Positions 45,833 to 57,183 are shown, counted from the stretch's first letter. The stretch: 64,000 nt of DNA from Terriglobales bacterium (GCA_038211475.1 JBBQVN010000005.1:4863-68862); one strand, 5' to 3'. Numbers and translations are program-made. Notes: generated from the letters alone by a model not told the origin.

Positions 45833-48460
45833 CTAGGCTTTTTCCAACTGCGCATACTTCTCTACCAGCTTCTTCAAACCGAAGCGAGGGAATTGTACCG
45901 TAAGTTTGGCCTCTTCCCCGTCCCCTTCGCGCTGATAGACCGTGCCTTCTCCATACTTGGGGTGGCGGACGCGTTGCCCGGGGCGGAATCCACGTTTGCC
46001 AGTGGGGTCCTCCAACGGCATTTTCGGTGCCGTAAACTTCTTGCCTTGCGAAGCAAAAAACTCGGCGATGTTATTAATCGAATTGTAGGTCTTGCCCGCG
46101 AAGTTGGCTTGCTTCTGGGCCGGCGCAGAATTCCAGTTCGCGCTCTGGTCTTCGTCCTCGTAAGAGTAGTGCGCCTTGGACTTTTGCGGACGCGGGTACG
46201 CAGAGCCCATCGGGTTCGAACTCCGGCCGCGTGAGGCTGATCGAGACGTCCCCAGGTCTTCCAGGAGGGCTCCAGGCACTTCCTCCAGAAAACGTGACGG
46301 GATGCTCGCCTCAGGCATGTCGGTACCATAGCGCCGCCGATACACCGCGCGGGTCAGGATGAGTTGATCCATAGCGCGCGTCATACCCACGTAGCACAGG
46401 CGGCGTTCTTCTTCGATGGAGTCGGGTTCCATGAATGTGCGGGAATGCGGGAACAGGCCTTCTTCCAATCCGCACAGAAACACCAGGGGAAACTCGAGTC
46501 CTTTGGCAGCGTGCAAAGTCATCAGTGTGATCTGTGCCCCCTCGTCGTACTGGTCGGCATCGCTAACCAGCGCGGCATGGTCGAGGAACTGTTCGAGCGT
46601 TTCACCCCGGTCGCGCGAATCCATGGCCGCGTTGACCAGTTCGCGCAGGTTTTCAATGCGCGAGAAAGCCTCCGGCGTGTCCTCCTCTTCAAGTTGCTTG
46701 ATGTAGCCGGTGCGATCAATCAAGAATTTAAGGATCTCAGCAGCCGTCGCGGCTGAACCAGGGGCCCGGAACCCCGCTACAGCACTGTCGTCAGCGGTTT
46801 CGATGACGGGCTCTCTCTGGTCCTCCGACTGCAACGCGGCCGGATCGAATTCGATAGGGTCGTGCGCCGCGAAATCAAAACTGAGGGAGCCAGGTTCGAA
46901 GTCAGTCGGGTCGCCCGCCTCGCCGGTTTCCGCCGGGGTGGCAATTTCCAGATCCGCACCCTCGGAGTTTGCACCCTCCTCCAACCGTTGCGCGAAGTCC
47001 CCAGATAGCATGGCGCGTCCGTCCTCGATTAAGTCGCGAAAGCCCTTGAGCGCCACAAGTGCCCGTTGAGGCAGCAACTGCTTGCGAATCGCCTCTCCCA
47101 AGGAGCCCCAGAGAGACAAGCCGGTCTCCAGTCCCAGCCTCTCGATGATCTCAATAGTGCTTTTGCCGATGCCGCGGGTGGGCGTGTTGATGACCCGCAG
47201 CAGCGAGATACTGTCATCCGGATTCTGGATTACTTTGAGGTACGAAGTCATGTCTTTGACTTCGGCGCGCTCGTAAAACGAAAAACCGCCGACCACGTGA
47301 TACTTCATCTGGTAGCGCCGCATGGCCTCTTCAAACAAGCGAGACTGCGAGTTCGTCCGATAGAGCACCGCAGCCTTCGCCATCTCGTTCTTCTCCGTGG
47401 ACTCGCGAACATAGCGGGCGATTGAATCCGCGACAAACAGCGCTTCGTTCTCGCCGTCAGGCGCTTCGTAGTATCCCAGCCTGGCGCCCCCTTGGCGCGC
47501 TGTCCACAGGTTTTTGCCCTTGCGCCTCACGTTGTTTGCGACCACGGTCGAAGCGGCCTGCAGAATGTTCTGTGTCGAGCGGTAATTTTGTTCCAGGCGG
47601 ATAATCTTGGCTTCCGGGAAATCGCGTTCAAACTCTAAAATGTTGCGGATGTCCGCCCCACGCCAGGAATAAATCGACTGATCTTCGTCCCCGACGGCGC
47701 ACACATTGTGGTGCGCACCCAGCAGGCACATCAGCTCATATTGGGGCCGGTTGGTGTCCTGGTACTCATCCACCAGAAGATATTGAAAGCGCCGGTTGTA
47801 GTATTCCCGGACCTCGCCCACGGCCTTAAGCAGGCGCACGGTTTCCAGCAGCAGATCGTCGAAGTCGAAGGCGTTGGCGCGCAACAGTTCCTTGCGATAC
47901 TCAGCATAGATGTGGGCGACGCGCTCGTTGTTGGGGTCGTCCGATTTCAAGTACGCTTCCTGCGGGTCGAGCATGTGGTTCTTGGCCCAGGAGATACGCG
48001 ACAGCACATTGCGCGGCGTGAGTTGTTTGTCGTCCACCCCGAGGCGGCGCATTACGGCTTTGACGATTTGCTGTTGGTCGCTCTCGTCGTAGATGACGAA
48101 ATCTTTGCGGTGGCCGATGGGCTTTCCGCCCGGGGTCGCTGCCGGGATGCGCAGTTTCTCAATGTCGCGCCGCAACACTCGCACGCAAAACGAGTGAAAA
48201 GTCGAGATGACCGGCTTGGCGATGCTGAGCCCTCCCGCCAGTTTTTCCACCCGCTCGGCCATTTCCGAGGCCGCTTTGTTGGTGAAGGTAACGGCCAGAA
48301 TCGCCTCAGGCATGACGCCGACATTTTCAATGAGATGGGCGATGCGGTAGGTGATAGCGCGAGTCTTCCCGCTGCCCGCCCCGGCCAGGATCAGCACGGG
48401 GCCCTGCACCGTTTCTACCGCCTCGCGCTGTTGGGGGTTCAAATCGTCAAGAAAGGGCAA
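45833..48460 (-). CDS. uvrD: UvrD/PcrA-type ATP-dependent DNA helicase with acidic insertion and C-terminal Tudor-like domain
   Basis: [27 protein letters not shown] (Walker A), VDEYQDTN, and the other SF1 motifs are present. The C-terminus [30 protein letters not shown] is Tudor-like. I chose the TTG at 48460 ([11 protein letters not shown]). The track ORF runs to a GTG at 48634, which would overlap divergent hslV. Confidence 0.92.
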   Translation of the reverse strand: MPFLDDLNPQQREAVETVQGPVLILAGAGSGKTRAITYRIAHLIENVGVMPEAILAVTFTNKAASEMAERVEKLAGGLSIAKPVISTFHSFCVRVLRRDIEKLRIPAATPGGKPIGHRKDFVIYDESDQQQIVKAVMRRLGVDDKQLTPRNVLSRISWAKNHMLDPQEAYLKSDDPNNERVAHIYAEYRKELLRANAFDFDDLLLETVRLLKAVGEVREYYNRRFQYLLVDEYQDTNRPQYELMCLLGAHHNVCAVGDEDQSIYSWRGADIRNILEFERDFPEAKIIRLEQNYRSTQNILQAASTVVANNVRRKGKNLWTARQGGARLGYYEAPDGENEALFVADSIARYVRESTEKNEMAKAAVLYRTNSQSRLFEEAMRRYQMKYHVVGGFSFYERAEVKDMTSYLKVIQNPDDSISLLRVINTPTRGIGKSTIEIIERLGLETGLSLWGSLGEAIRKQLLPQRALVALKGFRDLIEDGRAMLSGDFAQRLEEGANSEGADLEIATPAETGEAGDPTDFEPGSLSFDFAAHDPIEFDPAALQSEDQREPVIETADDSAVAGFRAPGSAATAAEILKFLIDRTGYIKQLEEEDTPEAFSRIENLRELVNAAMDSRDRGETLEQFLDHAALVSDADQYDEGAQITLMTLHAAKGLEFPLVFLCGLEEGLFPHSRTFMEPDSIEEERRLCYVGMTRAMDQLILTRAVYRRRYGTDMPEASIPSRFLEEVPGALLEDLGTSRSASRGRSSNPMGSAYPRPQKSKAHYSYEDEDQSANWNSAPAQKQANFAGKTYNSINNIAEFFASQGKKFTAPKMPLEDPTGKRGFRPGQRVRHPKYGEGTVYQREGDGEEAKLTVQFPRFGLKKLVEKYAQLEKA

Positions 48461-48557
48461 AAATCCGGCTCCGGCGTGCTCTCTACATGCAATTTTACAC
48501 GCTGTAGCCTCATCCCATTGAATCCTTTGGCCGCTGCTATAATCAAAAGATAACTTA

Positions 48558-49145
48558 ATGAGTCCCAAGCGCGTATTGCAACCAATTCGGGCAGAAGAGC
48601 CCGCCAAACCAACCCGCCTGATTCGCTCCACCACAGTCCTCTGCGTGCGCCGCGAAGGCCATATTGTGATGGCCGGCGATGGGCAAGTGACGTTGGGCGA
48701 TTCCGTGATTAAACATGGGGCGCGGAAGATCCGCCGCCTCTACCAAGACAAGATCCTTGCTGGATTCGCCGGCTCAACCGCCGATGCGTTTTCTCTATTC
48801 AGCCGCTTTGAGGCCAAACTCGACCAATATCACGGCAACCTGGGTCGCGGCGCTGTGGAGCTCGCCAAAGACTGGCGCACCGACAAATTTTTGCGGCATC
48901 TGGAAGCGCTGTTGCTGGTGGCCGACAAGGAACAGACCTTCCTGCTGAGCGGTCAGGGCGACGTGATCGAGCCTGACAGTGGAATTGCGGCAATCGGCAG
49001 CGGTGGTCCATTTGCGCAAGCGGCCGCCCAGGCGCTGGCCGATCACACCCAGCTTTCCTCCCGGCAAATCGCCGAGGAAGCTATGAAAATCGCCGGCCGC
49101 ATGTGCATCTATACCAACGATTGGGTCACCATTGAGGAATTGTAG
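48558..49145 (+). CDS. hslV: ATP-dependent protease subunit HslV
   Basis: [37 protein letters not shown]…[11 protein letters not shown]. The ATG at 48558 leaves a 23-residue extension in front of the catalytic Thr, so the start is uncertain. Confidence 0.9.
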   Translation: MSPKRVLQPIRAEEPAKPTRLIRSTTVLCVRREGHIVMAGDGQVTLGDSVIKHGARKIRRLYQDKILAGFAGSTADAFSLFSRFEAKLDQYHGNLGRGAVELAKDWRTDKFLRHLEALLLVADKEQTFLLSGQGDVIEPDSGIAAIGSGGPFAQAAAQALADHTQLSSRQIAEEAMKIAGRMCIYTNDWVTIEEL

Positions 49146-49189
49146 GACCGGCCGGGCGCGGGCCTGACGGCTTCCGGCTCTGAATCATT

Positions 49190-50599
49190 ATGGCTATTTA
49201 TCTCCCCTCCACCGCAGATGAAGAACAGGTAACGCTCGACGACCTGACTCCGCGTGAGATCGTCACCGAACTGGACAAGTATGTAATTGGCCAGCATGCC
49301 GCCAAGCGCGCGGTGGCCATCGCGCTGCGGAACCGCATGCGCCGCCAGAAGCTTACCCCGGAACTCGCCGAAGAAGTGATTCCCAAGAACATCATCATGA
49401 TCGGGCCGACCGGCGTGGGAAAGACCGAGATCGCTCGGCGCCTGGCGAAGCTCGCTGGCTCGCCATTTTTGAAGGTGGAGGCCTCGAAGTTCACCGAAGT
49501 CGGCTACGTGGGGCGCGATGTTGAGTCCATGATTCGCGACTTGGTGGAAATCGCCATTGAGATGGTGCGCGAAGAAAAGCTGGAAGACGTCGCCGACAAA
49601 GCCGAACTCAACGCCGAAGAACGTTTGCTCGATCTGCTTCTGCCGCCTGCGAATCCGCGGCCCGTGGAGCCCACCGGCGGCGTGGTCCTGGAGGGCGCGC
49701 CCGTCATTGAAGAGTCCGGTTCCCGCACTCGCGAAAAGCTGCGCCAGCAGTTGCGCGAGGGCAAACTAGATGACCGCACCGTCGAAGTTGAGGTCCGCGA
49801 AAAGAATTTTCCTTCCTTTGAAATCATCTCCAACCAGGGCATGGAGGAGATGGACGTCAACATTAAAGACATGCTGCCCAACATCTTCGGCCAGCGCACC
49901 AAGAAGCGGAAGATGAAGGTCAACGAGGCCTTCGAATACCTGATTCAGGAAGAAGAGCAGCGCCTGATCGATATGGACCAGGTCACCCGCATGGCGATTG
50001 ACCGGGTGGAGAACTCTGGGATTGTGTTCCTCGACGAAATCGACAAGATCGCTGGGCGCGAGAGCGGTCACGGCCCGGACGTTTCCCGCGAAGGTGTGCA
50101 GCGCGACATCCTTCCCATCGTTGAGGGAACGACAGTCAACACCCGCTATGGCATGGTCCGCACCGACCACATTTTGTTTATCGCTGCCGGCGCGTTCCAC
50201 GTCTCCAAACCCAGCGACCTCATCCCCGAGCTGCAAGGCCGCTTTCCAATCCGCGTGGAGTTGCAATCGCTCACCATGGAAGACTTTGTGCGCATTCTGA
50301 CTGAGCCCAAGTCGTCGCTGGTGAAACAATACGTCGCGTTGCTCGACACCGAGAGCGTAAAGTTGGAGTTCACTCCCGAATCGCTAAGCGAAGTTGCGCG
50401 ATTTGCCTTCCGGGTGAACGAGGGCACAGAAAACATTGGGGCCCGGCGCTTGCACACCATCATGGAACGCGTGCTGGATGAAATCAGTTTCGACGCGCCG
50501 GAGAAGAAGGGTCAGCAGGTCATCATCGACGCCGATTACGTGCGCAAGACGCTGAGCGAGATTGTGAAAGACCAGGACTTGTCGCGCTACATTCTGTAG
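49190..50599 (+). CDS. hslU: ATP-dependent protease ATPase subunit HslU
   Basis: [34 protein letters not shown]…[20 protein letters not shown]…[12 protein letters not shown]. Confidence 0.97.
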   Translation: MAIYLPSTADEEQVTLDDLTPREIVTELDKYVIGQHAAKRAVAIALRNRMRRQKLTPELAEEVIPKNIIMIGPTGVGKTEIARRLAKLAGSPFLKVEASKFTEVGYVGRDVESMIRDLVEIAIEMVREEKLEDVADKAELNAEERLLDLLLPPANPRPVEPTGGVVLEGAPVIEESGSRTREKLRQQLREGKLDDRTVEVEVREKNFPSFEIISNQGMEEMDVNIKDMLPNIFGQRTKKRKMKVNEAFEYLIQEEEQRLIDMDQVTRMAIDRVENSGIVFLDEIDKIAGRESGHGPDVSREGVQRDILPIVEGTTVNTRYGMVRTDHILFIAAGAFHVSKPSDLIPELQGRFPIRVELQSLTMEDFVRILTEPKSSLVKQYVALLDTESVKLEFTPESLSEVARFAFRVNEGTENIGARRLHTIMERVLDEISFDAPEKKGQQVIIDADYVRKTLSEIVKDQDLSRYIL

Positions 50600-50725
50600 C
50601 GGTTGTCAACCCGCGCGCTCGCAATTTCATCGCTACGATCAACCGCACCACTCTCACTCCCGGGTGAACAGTGGCAGCCTTGGAACGAGCCCGCTGCCGC
50701 CGTGGTACCCTCGATTCTTCCTCGC

Positions 50726-51796
50726 ATGAGCGTCCGGTACAAGTTTCGTGCCCTTGCTCTCCTCCTGCTTGGTCTGGAGTTCGGCTGCGCTTCGCCTGGA
50801 CCTCCGCTCCCACCGTCCCTGGAACTCCCCAAACCCCCAACTGATCTTCACGCCACCCGCAAAGGTGCGACCGTTACTCTCGCCTGGACCGTTCCCCTCC
50901 AGACCACCGACCGGCAGAACCTGCGTTCCATGCCTCCCACGCGAATTTGCCGGAACTCTGAGTCCATGAATTCCTGTGGTTCTCCGGTGGGAACGTTGCC
51001 GCCAATCGTCCGAACCCCCAAGACGACTGGCACCGCCGAGCCTGCGACTTACACGGACCACCTGCCCGGCGAGGCGCAGTCAGAAACCGCCGCAGCGACA
51101 GCAATGTATGCGGTTGAAGCGCTGAATTCCGAGGGACGGGGCGCGGGCCTCTCGAATCAAGTCATTGTGCCGGCGTTTCCCACCCAACCTCCACCAGCGG
51201 GGTTCGCAGGCGAGGTGACTTCGGAAGGAATAGCGCTGGGGTGGAGTCCTATTTCGATCGGTGGCTCCAATACCTTCCATCGCTTTTATCGTATCTACCG
51301 GCGCCCTGCAGATGCCAAGGCCAGCGTCATTGCAGGAGAAATCCCGGCGACTCCTGATCCAGGGCGTTTTGTGGACCACGGCTTCGAGTGGGAGAAACGC
51401 TACCAGTACCGAGTGTGCATCGTAACTGCGAGCGCGCAAAATGAGGCCCTTCAAGTGGAAGGCGACGACACGGCGCCCGTCGAAGTTTGGGCTCATGATG
51501 TTTTCCCTCCGGCAGTTCCGAGCGGCGTTCAGGCGGCGTTCTCCGGACCGGGCCAGCAGCCATTTATTGACTTGATATGGGCTCCTGATACGGACTCCGA
51601 TCTCGCCGGATACAACATTTACCGCCGCGAAAACGATGGGCCCTCCACCCGCTTGAATACCGAGCTCGTCAAAGCTCCGGCGTATCGCGACGCGAAACTG
51701 GTCAGCGGAAAAAAATACTTCTACTCTGTCTCTGCGGTGGACGAACGCGGCAACGAGAGTTCAAAGTCAGAGGAGGCTAGTGAAAGTGTCCCCTAA
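50726..51796 (+). CDS. lipoprotein with fibronectin type III-like domains
   Basis: Internal ATG gives MSVRYKFRALALLLLGLEFGC (lipobox-like). FN3-like segments follow (ATRKGATVTLAWTVP…, YNIYRRENDGP…YFYSVSAVDERGNES). Confidence 0.7.
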   Translation: MSVRYKFRALALLLLGLEFGCASPGPPLPPSLELPKPPTDLHATRKGATVTLAWTVPLQTTDRQNLRSMPPTRICRNSESMNSCGSPVGTLPPIVRTPKTTGTAEPATYTDHLPGEAQSETAAATAMYAVEALNSEGRGAGLSNQVIVPAFPTQPPPAGFAGEVTSEGIALGWSPISIGGSNTFHRFYRIYRRPADAKASVIAGEIPATPDPGRFVDHGFEWEKRYQYRVCIVTASAQNEALQVEGDDTAPVEVWAHDVFPPAVPSGVQAAFSGPGQQPFIDLIWAPDTDSDLAGYNIYRRENDGPSTRLNTELVKAPAYRDAKLVSGKKYFYSVSAVDERGNESSKSEEASESVP

Positions 51797-51818
51797 ACTC
51801 ATCCCGCCCCCTCATCCT

Positions 51819-52613
51819 ATGAGATACTGCCGTTTCGAAATCGCCGACAGTGCCGTCTATGGCCTAGTCGAAACCGTCGGCGGCCAGGAAATGATCACCC
51901 ATACCCTGGATGAGGCTCCCGCGATTGGCATTGCTCCCCGGACCCGTTACATGACACCGCTTGCTCTGCAGGAGGCGACGCTGTTGCCGGCGGTCTGCCC
52001 CTCGAAAATTGTTTGTGTTGGACGCAACTATCGAGAGCATGCTGCCGAGCTTGGCAATGCCGTTCCGCTGGAACCCTTGCTGTTTTTCAAGCCGCCTTCT
52101 TCCCTACTGGGGCATGGCGGCGCTATCTTGCGGCCGACGGCCATCGCTCAGCGTACCGACTACGAGGGCGAACTAGGCGTCGTCATAGGGAAGAAGTGCC
52201 ACAAGTTGGCTGATGACGAAGATGTCCGTTCCTACATTCTCGGCTACACCTGCGTGAACGACTTCACCGCTCGTGACCTGCAGAACAAGGACGGCCAGTG
52301 GACGCGCGCCAAGGGGTTCGATACCTTCTGCCCGGTCGGCCCCGTGGTGACCACAGGGGGCGTCGATCCATGGCAGGGCGTGACCGTGGAAACCTACGTC
52401 AACGGCGGAGTGCGCCAGTCTGGCAACACACGGGATTTTATCTTTCCGCTTGACCTGATTATTCGTTACATCAGCCAGACCATGACTCTCGAGCCGGGGG
52501 ATTTGATCGCAACCGGTACGCCGTCCGGAGTAGGCCCCGTGGTTGCGGGAGACGTAATTGAGGTCAGGGTCGAGGGCGTAGGCAGATTGCGCAACTCCGT
52601 CGCCGACCAATAG
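51819..52613 (+). CDS. fumarylacetoacetate hydrolase (FAH) family protein
   Basis: KIVCVGRNYREHAAELGN…PLLFFKPPSSL…DYEGELGVVIGKK…GYTCVNDFTARDLQ…W…AKGFDTFCPVGP. The ATG at 51819 avoids overlap with the upstream gene. Confidence 0.92.
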   Translation: MRYCRFEIADSAVYGLVETVGGQEMITHTLDEAPAIGIAPRTRYMTPLALQEATLLPAVCPSKIVCVGRNYREHAAELGNAVPLEPLLFFKPPSSLLGHGGAILRPTAIAQRTDYEGELGVVIGKKCHKLADDEDVRSYILGYTCVNDFTARDLQNKDGQWTRAKGFDTFCPVGPVVTTGGVDPWQGVTVETYVNGGVRQSGNTRDFIFPLDLIIRYISQTMTLEPGDLIATGTPSGVGPVVAGDVIEVRVEGVGRLRNSVADQ

Positions 52614-52614
52614 C

Positions 52615-53709
52615 CTACTTCATGATCACCAGTGATACCGGCGATGTTCCCGCAGTCGTCGGAGAATTGGCGGCAGCGGTCAAGATGCCGGTGGTCGTGT
52701 CAATCTTAAAACCGGTGATATTGTTCGACGTCTCATTGACTACAAAAATGAACTTGCCCGACGGGTCCGCCACCACAAACACCGGAGCCGACCCCGCCAC
52801 GTAGGGCGATGAGTCGCCGGCAGTCGTGCTCATGATCGGCGTCGGCACACCCGTAGTTGCATCAAGGGTGTATCCCGAAACGTTGTTCGAACTCAGATTG
52901 CTAACATAAAGGTACTTGCCGGAAGGATCGACGGTCACCGAAGAGGGATGGGTGCCCGTTCCCACGAACTGCAGCACTTGTGGCGTCAAACTTCCAGTGA
53001 TCGCGTCAATAGTGAACCCTGAGACCGTGCTGTCGAGCATGTTGGCAACGTAAAGGAACTTCCCCGCGGGATCGGCGGCGACCGCAAAAGGCCCGTTCCC
53101 CGTCGGGAAAGCGCCAACCGGAGTGAGCACGCCTGAGGCGAGTGTATAGGCTGACACGGACGCCGAATTCGCATTCGTAACGTAAACAAAGTTTCCTGAC
53201 ACGGTAATGCCTTGGGGAGCGTTGCCCGTGGCTGCAGGCGAACCCGTGTCGGTCAGGACGCCCGTGCTGGCGCTGATTGAATAGACCGACACGCTGTTGG
53301 ACCCGCTATTCACGCAGAGCAAAACACTGCCCGCCGCATCGATCGCCAGCGCAGTAGGGTTTCTACCGGACGCCACACGAGGCAGCACTTCTGCCAGCGC
53401 GCCAGTCACCAGGTTCACCCGGTACAAAGAAATAGTATTGTCGCCAGCGTTGGCGGTGTAGGCGTACTGGTTGGAGGGATGCAACGCGAACGCCACCGGC
53501 GCCGTCCCAGTTTTCGAAGTGGCTTTCAGGGTCAGGCTGCCGGAGCCGTTGTCCACCTGAAAGGAGACCACCTGATTCAGCGAGGATAACGTGGCATAAG
53601 CCCAGTGGGTGGAGCTTGTGCTACCGCCGATGACGCCGCAACTGGTGATGGCAAGAAGCGAGGCCGCCACCACAAAAACCGCCAGATACCGCTGCTGCAT
53701 GAGTTCCAA
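52615..53709 (-). CDS. lactonase-type seven-bladed beta-propeller (lipo)protein
   Basis: Signal/lipobox-like LLAITSCG, then repeated …P…A(L/V)HPSG/DPAGKFLYVAN…S…VS(G/A)Y(T/R)… blades typical of 6-phosphogluconolactonase-like/Lactonase proteins. Confidence 0.8.
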   Translation of the reverse strand: MELMQQRYLAVFVVAASLLAITSCGVIGGSTSSTHWAYATLSSLNQVVSFQVDNGSGSLTLKATSKTGTAPVAFALHPSNQYAYTANAGDNTISLYRVNLVTGALAEVLPRVASGRNPTALAIDAAGSVLLCVNSGSNSVSVYSISASTGVLTDTGSPAATGNAPQGITVSGNFVYVTNANSASVSAYTLASGVLTPVGAFPTGNGPFAVAADPAGKFLYVANMLDSTVSGFTIDAITGSLTPQVLQFVGTGTHPSSVTVDPSGKYLYVSNLSSNNVSGYTLDATTGVPTPIMSTTAGDSSPYVAGSAPVFVVADPSGKFIFVVNETSNNITGFKIDTTTGILTAAANSPTTAGTSPVSLVIMK

Positions 53710-53922
53710 CTCCGTAGGAAAATCCCGTCACCCACACCGCCGCAGACTGACGCAATCCCGCCTCCGCCTCACACAATGGTGCCGGTGACTGAAGGCTGAA
53801 ATGCGGGGTGACTAAGCTAGGTTACCACTCACTGACTGCCAGCAGACGATTCCTGAGCGAGACCGATCGCAAAAAAGGGACAGCCAAAAGGCTGTCCCAT
53901 CAATCTGTACATGCCAAAAATT

Positions 53923-54966
53923 CTAGAATTCGGCACTCTTCATCTCTCGCCTCAGCTCTTCCATTTGTTTGGCCAGGTCTTTGCGCATTTGCTCCAGATC
54001 TGATTGCTTGAGCTTCCACTCTGCCGCAGCCTTCTTTAGTTCCGGCTGCAGTCGCGCAATCTCCACTTTGGCCTGCTGCATGGCAGCTTTGGCTTGCTCT
54101 CGCGCCGCTGGCTCCCACAAGCTCTCTTCGTCAAATATTGCGCCCGACTCTTTCCGCTCGGGCAGCACCACGTTGATCGTCTGCTCTCGTTTTTCGCGGA
54201 CAATCGTGATGGCACTGGAGGCGGACTTGCCGTTGCGTAACCAACGCACCAGATCGTCACAATCCTGCACTGGCTGGCTGTTCACTTTCACCACCACGTC
54301 GCCGGCGCGCAGGCCCGCTTTCTCCGCAGGGCTTCCCTTCGAAACTTCGCGCACCAGCACCCCATGACCACCCTTCACTCCAAAAAAATCGCCCAGCTGC
54401 GGGGTCAGATTTTCAAACATCAATCCACTACGGGTCGAAGTATGGACCATGATGACGTTAAACGGTGGGATTTGGAATCCCGGCATTGCGGGAATCTCGG
54501 GCATCTGGAAATGTTCATCTGTGACGTGAGACGTCCCCTCGTTCTTCCTGGAGTGCTTCCCGAGTTCCACTTGCAGGGTCAACGGCTGCCCATCGCGGCT
54601 CATGCCCAAAGTCACGGTGCGACCCGCAGGCGTTTCATGGATCATGCGCCGCAGCTGTTCGCCGCTCTCAATCAGCGTCCCATTCATGGTGAGAATGACG
54701 TCGTGCTCCTTGATGCCGGCCTTTCCCGCCGGTGCATCCTGGTCCACCATGGTCACTTCAACCCCATGTTCCTCTTTCAACTTCAGGTCATGGACCCGCT
54801 CCGCAGTCACGTCATTGATGTCAACGCCCAGATAGGAGCCGGTCCCCGCGCTTTCTCCCAACAGCGAGAAGTTGTCACCCATCGGACTGATAATGCAATT
54901 CTCGGCGGCCGCATTCAGGCTCACCAGCGATAGCAGCAACAGCGTGCATAAAACATATTTGTTCAT
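53923..54966 (-). CDS. periplasmic tandem-PDZ protein with C-terminal coiled coil
   Basis: Signal peptide MNKYVLCTLLLLSLVSLNAAA and two PDZ units (GSYLGVDINDV…APAGKAGIKEHDVILTMNG… and GDFFGVKGGHGVLVREVSKGSPAEKAGLRAGDVVVKVNS…). There is no protease domain. The C-terminus is helical and Lys/Glu-rich. Confidence 0.8.
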   Translation of the reverse strand: MNKYVLCTLLLLSLVSLNAAAENCIISPMGDNFSLLGESAGTGSYLGVDINDVTAERVHDLKLKEEHGVEVTMVDQDAPAGKAGIKEHDVILTMNGTLIESGEQLRRMIHETPAGRTVTLGMSRDGQPLTLQVELGKHSRKNEGTSHVTDEHFQMPEIPAMPGFQIPPFNVIMVHTSTRSGLMFENLTPQLGDFFGVKGGHGVLVREVSKGSPAEKAGLRAGDVVVKVNSQPVQDCDDLVRWLRNGKSASSAITIVREKREQTINVVLPERKESGAIFDEESLWEPAAREQAKAAMQQAKVEIARLQPELKKAAAEWKLKQSDLEQMRKDLAKQMEELRREMKSAEF

Positions 54967-54990
54967 TGCAACCTCCCTGACATTATTTTC

Positions 54991-56238
54991 TTACCGCTGT
55001 GCGCGGCGAAATACCACATTCCCCGTCGTGGTGCGGACCTTCAGAGTCGGCCCGCCCCCGTTCAACTGTCCTTCCGCGGTCTGGATTCGTGGGCCCCACT
55101 CGCCGCCCTCCGAACTCACCCGCAATTCTGCGAATTCGGAAGTGATCTTGTGACCATTCGCCATCTCCAACACCGCCCGCACCGTCATGGGTACATCCTG
55201 GATCAGGTACACCACCACGTCGCCGGCCGGTGTTTCCAGAAGTGACTCCGGCCGTTCTCGATTGGAGTCCACGAACTTGACTACAATTGGGCCGCCTCCA
55301 GTTTCAACGTGTGCAGACGAAACTCCGCTCAATTCCACCGAGCCGCCCCCGGTTTGTGCGTGCACCATCCCTGTTGCCCAAGCCACCCGAATGCTGCCCG
55401 CCCCGGTTTCCACTTCCACCGGGCCATTAATATCTCCCAATTCCACACTTCCGCCGCCACTGCTCACTTTGGCTTTGCCCACGCACTTTTTTAGTTGCAC
55501 GGAACCAGCACCAGTTTCAATCACAACTCCTTGCAGTCCTGAGGCGACAGTAACGCTGCCCCCCCCGGTTTCGGCCACTACTTTGCCTTTGGCCGAACCT
55601 ACGTGGATCGAACCTCCGCCAGTGCGGACCACCAAGTCGCCGCCCACATTGCCCACGTCAATGGTGCCGCCGCCGGTTCCCGCGTTGACCGCGCCTCCGA
55701 TGTCATCCAGATGGATGGTGCCCCCGCCGCTCTCCGAATCCAACCGTCCCGCCAGGCCGGTGGCTGAGACGCTGCCGCCGTCGGTTTCCACCTTCACCCA
55801 TTCGGTATTGCGCGGCACATGGATAGTGAACTCGCTGGAGAACTTCCGCGGACGCCCGCCCTGCCACTCCCCGGTAATCCAACCCGTCTCGCCGCGGACC
55901 GCGGCGCTGATCTTGTACATTTCAAACTGCCGCCGCGCGTTCTTTTCGTCCGAGGTGAAGGCCTGACTACGCACGGTATAGCTGATTCCCGATTGCGAGT
56001 CGCCCAACACCCGCACTGACCCCGGCTCCGCTTTGATCCGCACCACTTTTGCCGCGCTCAGCGAACCGCTCACTTCCTCCACCCAGTTTGCACCCTCGCG
56101 CGCGACTCTGCTCTCTTGCGACATCACGAGCGGAGTCAGGCTGACCAGCGCCAGGGCCAGACTGGCGATTTTCCGATTGCGTTTCACAAATCCTCCGGCG
56201 AAGTAGCATTTCTGCGGAATCACAAATAATTGGCTCAC
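54991..56238 (-). CDS. DUF4097-family beta-helical repeat protein (LiaG/YvlB-like putative adhesin fold)
   Basis: TM/signal segment, then many repeats of (E/H/V)TGGGS(I/V)x(V/L). It starts 3 nt after the anti-sigma stop. Confidence 0.82.
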   Translation of the reverse strand: MSQLFVIPQKCYFAGGFVKRNRKIASLALALVSLTPLVMSQESRVAREGANWVEEVSGSLSAAKVVRIKAEPGSVRVLGDSQSGISYTVRSQAFTSDEKNARRQFEMYKISAAVRGETGWITGEWQGGRPRKFSSEFTIHVPRNTEWVKVETDGGSVSATGLAGRLDSESGGGTIHLDDIGGAVNAGTGGGTIDVGNVGGDLVVRTGGGSIHVGSAKGKVVAETGGGSVTVASGLQGVVIETGAGSVQLKKCVGKAKVSSGGGSVELGDINGPVEVETGAGSIRVAWATGMVHAQTGGGSVELSGVSSAHVETGGGPIVVKFVDSNRERPESLLETPAGDVVVYLIQDVPMTVRAVLEMANGHKITSEFAELRVSSEGGEWGPRIQTAEGQLNGGGPTLKVRTTTGNVVFRRAQR

Positions 56239-56241
56239 TGA

Positions 56242-57183
56242 TTAATCCATTTCCGGCAACTGCGCCAGCACCGTTCGTGCCTGGCTGCGAATGTATTGGT
56301 TCTTGTCTTTCTCGGCCAGGGTGCGCAACACGCTGCGTACGCTCCCGTCAGCCTTCACTGTGTCTAGCAAGTGGATGGCCTGCGTCCGCACTCCCGAATT
56401 GCTGTCGCTGGTCAAGGCATCAAGCACGGCATTCCGTACTCGCACGTCTTGCTTCACATAGGGCCCCAGGGCTTCCAAAGCCTTCAACCGTACTCCAGGA
56501 TTAGCGTCATTGTGCAGGGCATAAATCAAAACTTCGCGCACTCCCGTGTTATCTGGCTTCTGGGTCAACAAATCCACCGAATCCATGCGTACGCCCGAGT
56601 TGTAATTGTTGCGCGCAGCAAACAGCAGCAACTGCTGGATGCGCTGGTCGTTCATCGAACCCTTGGCTTCCTTCGTTGAAAGCGTGTCGTACTTAATGCT
56701 GACCTGGTTCGAGACCGGATCTTGCGCCACTGAACGAATGCCTGCCACCGACGATTCCGCCACCGGTGATTCAGTCACTGACGCTGGCGGGCCAACCAGC
56801 CCCCGCCCTTGCGACATCACCTTGTAGCTGGTGCCAATCCCGCCGGCAAAACCGACAATGAAGATCGCCGCGACCAGCGCCGGCGCCAGCTTCACCTGCC
56901 GCAGCCATGCTCCGCCGTCAAACACTAGCCGCCGCCACCACGGACCCTGTTCGACGCCCTCCAACGATTCCTGCAGCCTCATGCGCGAGGCCGCCAGTAG
57001 GTTCGGCGAAGGTTCCGGCAACGGAATCTGCTTCAAGGTCTGCTGGAATTCCTGCGTCCCGCGGAGTTCCGCGGCGCAATCCGTACACCGGCTGACGTGC
57101 TGCTCCAGTTCATGACGGGCATCGTCGGCCAGTTCGTCATAGACATACAGCGCAATGTTGTCTCGTACCCAATCGCATTTCAT
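56242..57183 (-). CDS. anti-sigma factor: N-terminal zinc-finger (ZAS, HxxxCxxC), one TM, C-terminal HEAT-repeat domain
   Basis: MKCDWVRDNIALYVYDELADDARHELEQHVSRCTDCAAEL. TM segment is LAPALVAAIFIVGFAGGIG. HEAT-like repeats follow (NSGVRMDSVDLL…NPGVRLKALEALG…NSGVRTQAIHLL…). Confidence 0.85.
   Translation of the reverse strand: MKCDWVRDNIALYVYDELADDARHELEQHVSRCTDCAAELRGTQEFQQTLKQIPLPEPSPNLLAASRMRLQESLEGVEQGPWWRRLVFDGGAWLRQVKLAPALVAAIFIVGFAGGIGTSYKVMSQGRGLVGPPASVTESPVAESSVAGIRSVAQDPVSNQVSIKYDTLSTKEAKGSMNDQRIQQLLLFAARNNYNSGVRMDSVDLLTQKPDNTGVREVLIYALHNDANPGVRLKALEALGPYVKQDVRVRNAVLDALTSDSNSGVRTQAIHLLDTVKADGSVRSVLRTLAEKDKNQYIRSQARTVLAQLPEMD

Noticed and set aside
39608-48553. Antisense ORFs 39608..40474 (+) within the carboxyltransferase gene and 47708..48553 (+) within uvrD. 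The same applies to 63012..63824 (+) within the acyl-CoA dehydrogenase gene.
   Set aside because: The reasoning is the same. They overlap genes of very high confidence and lack independent signals.
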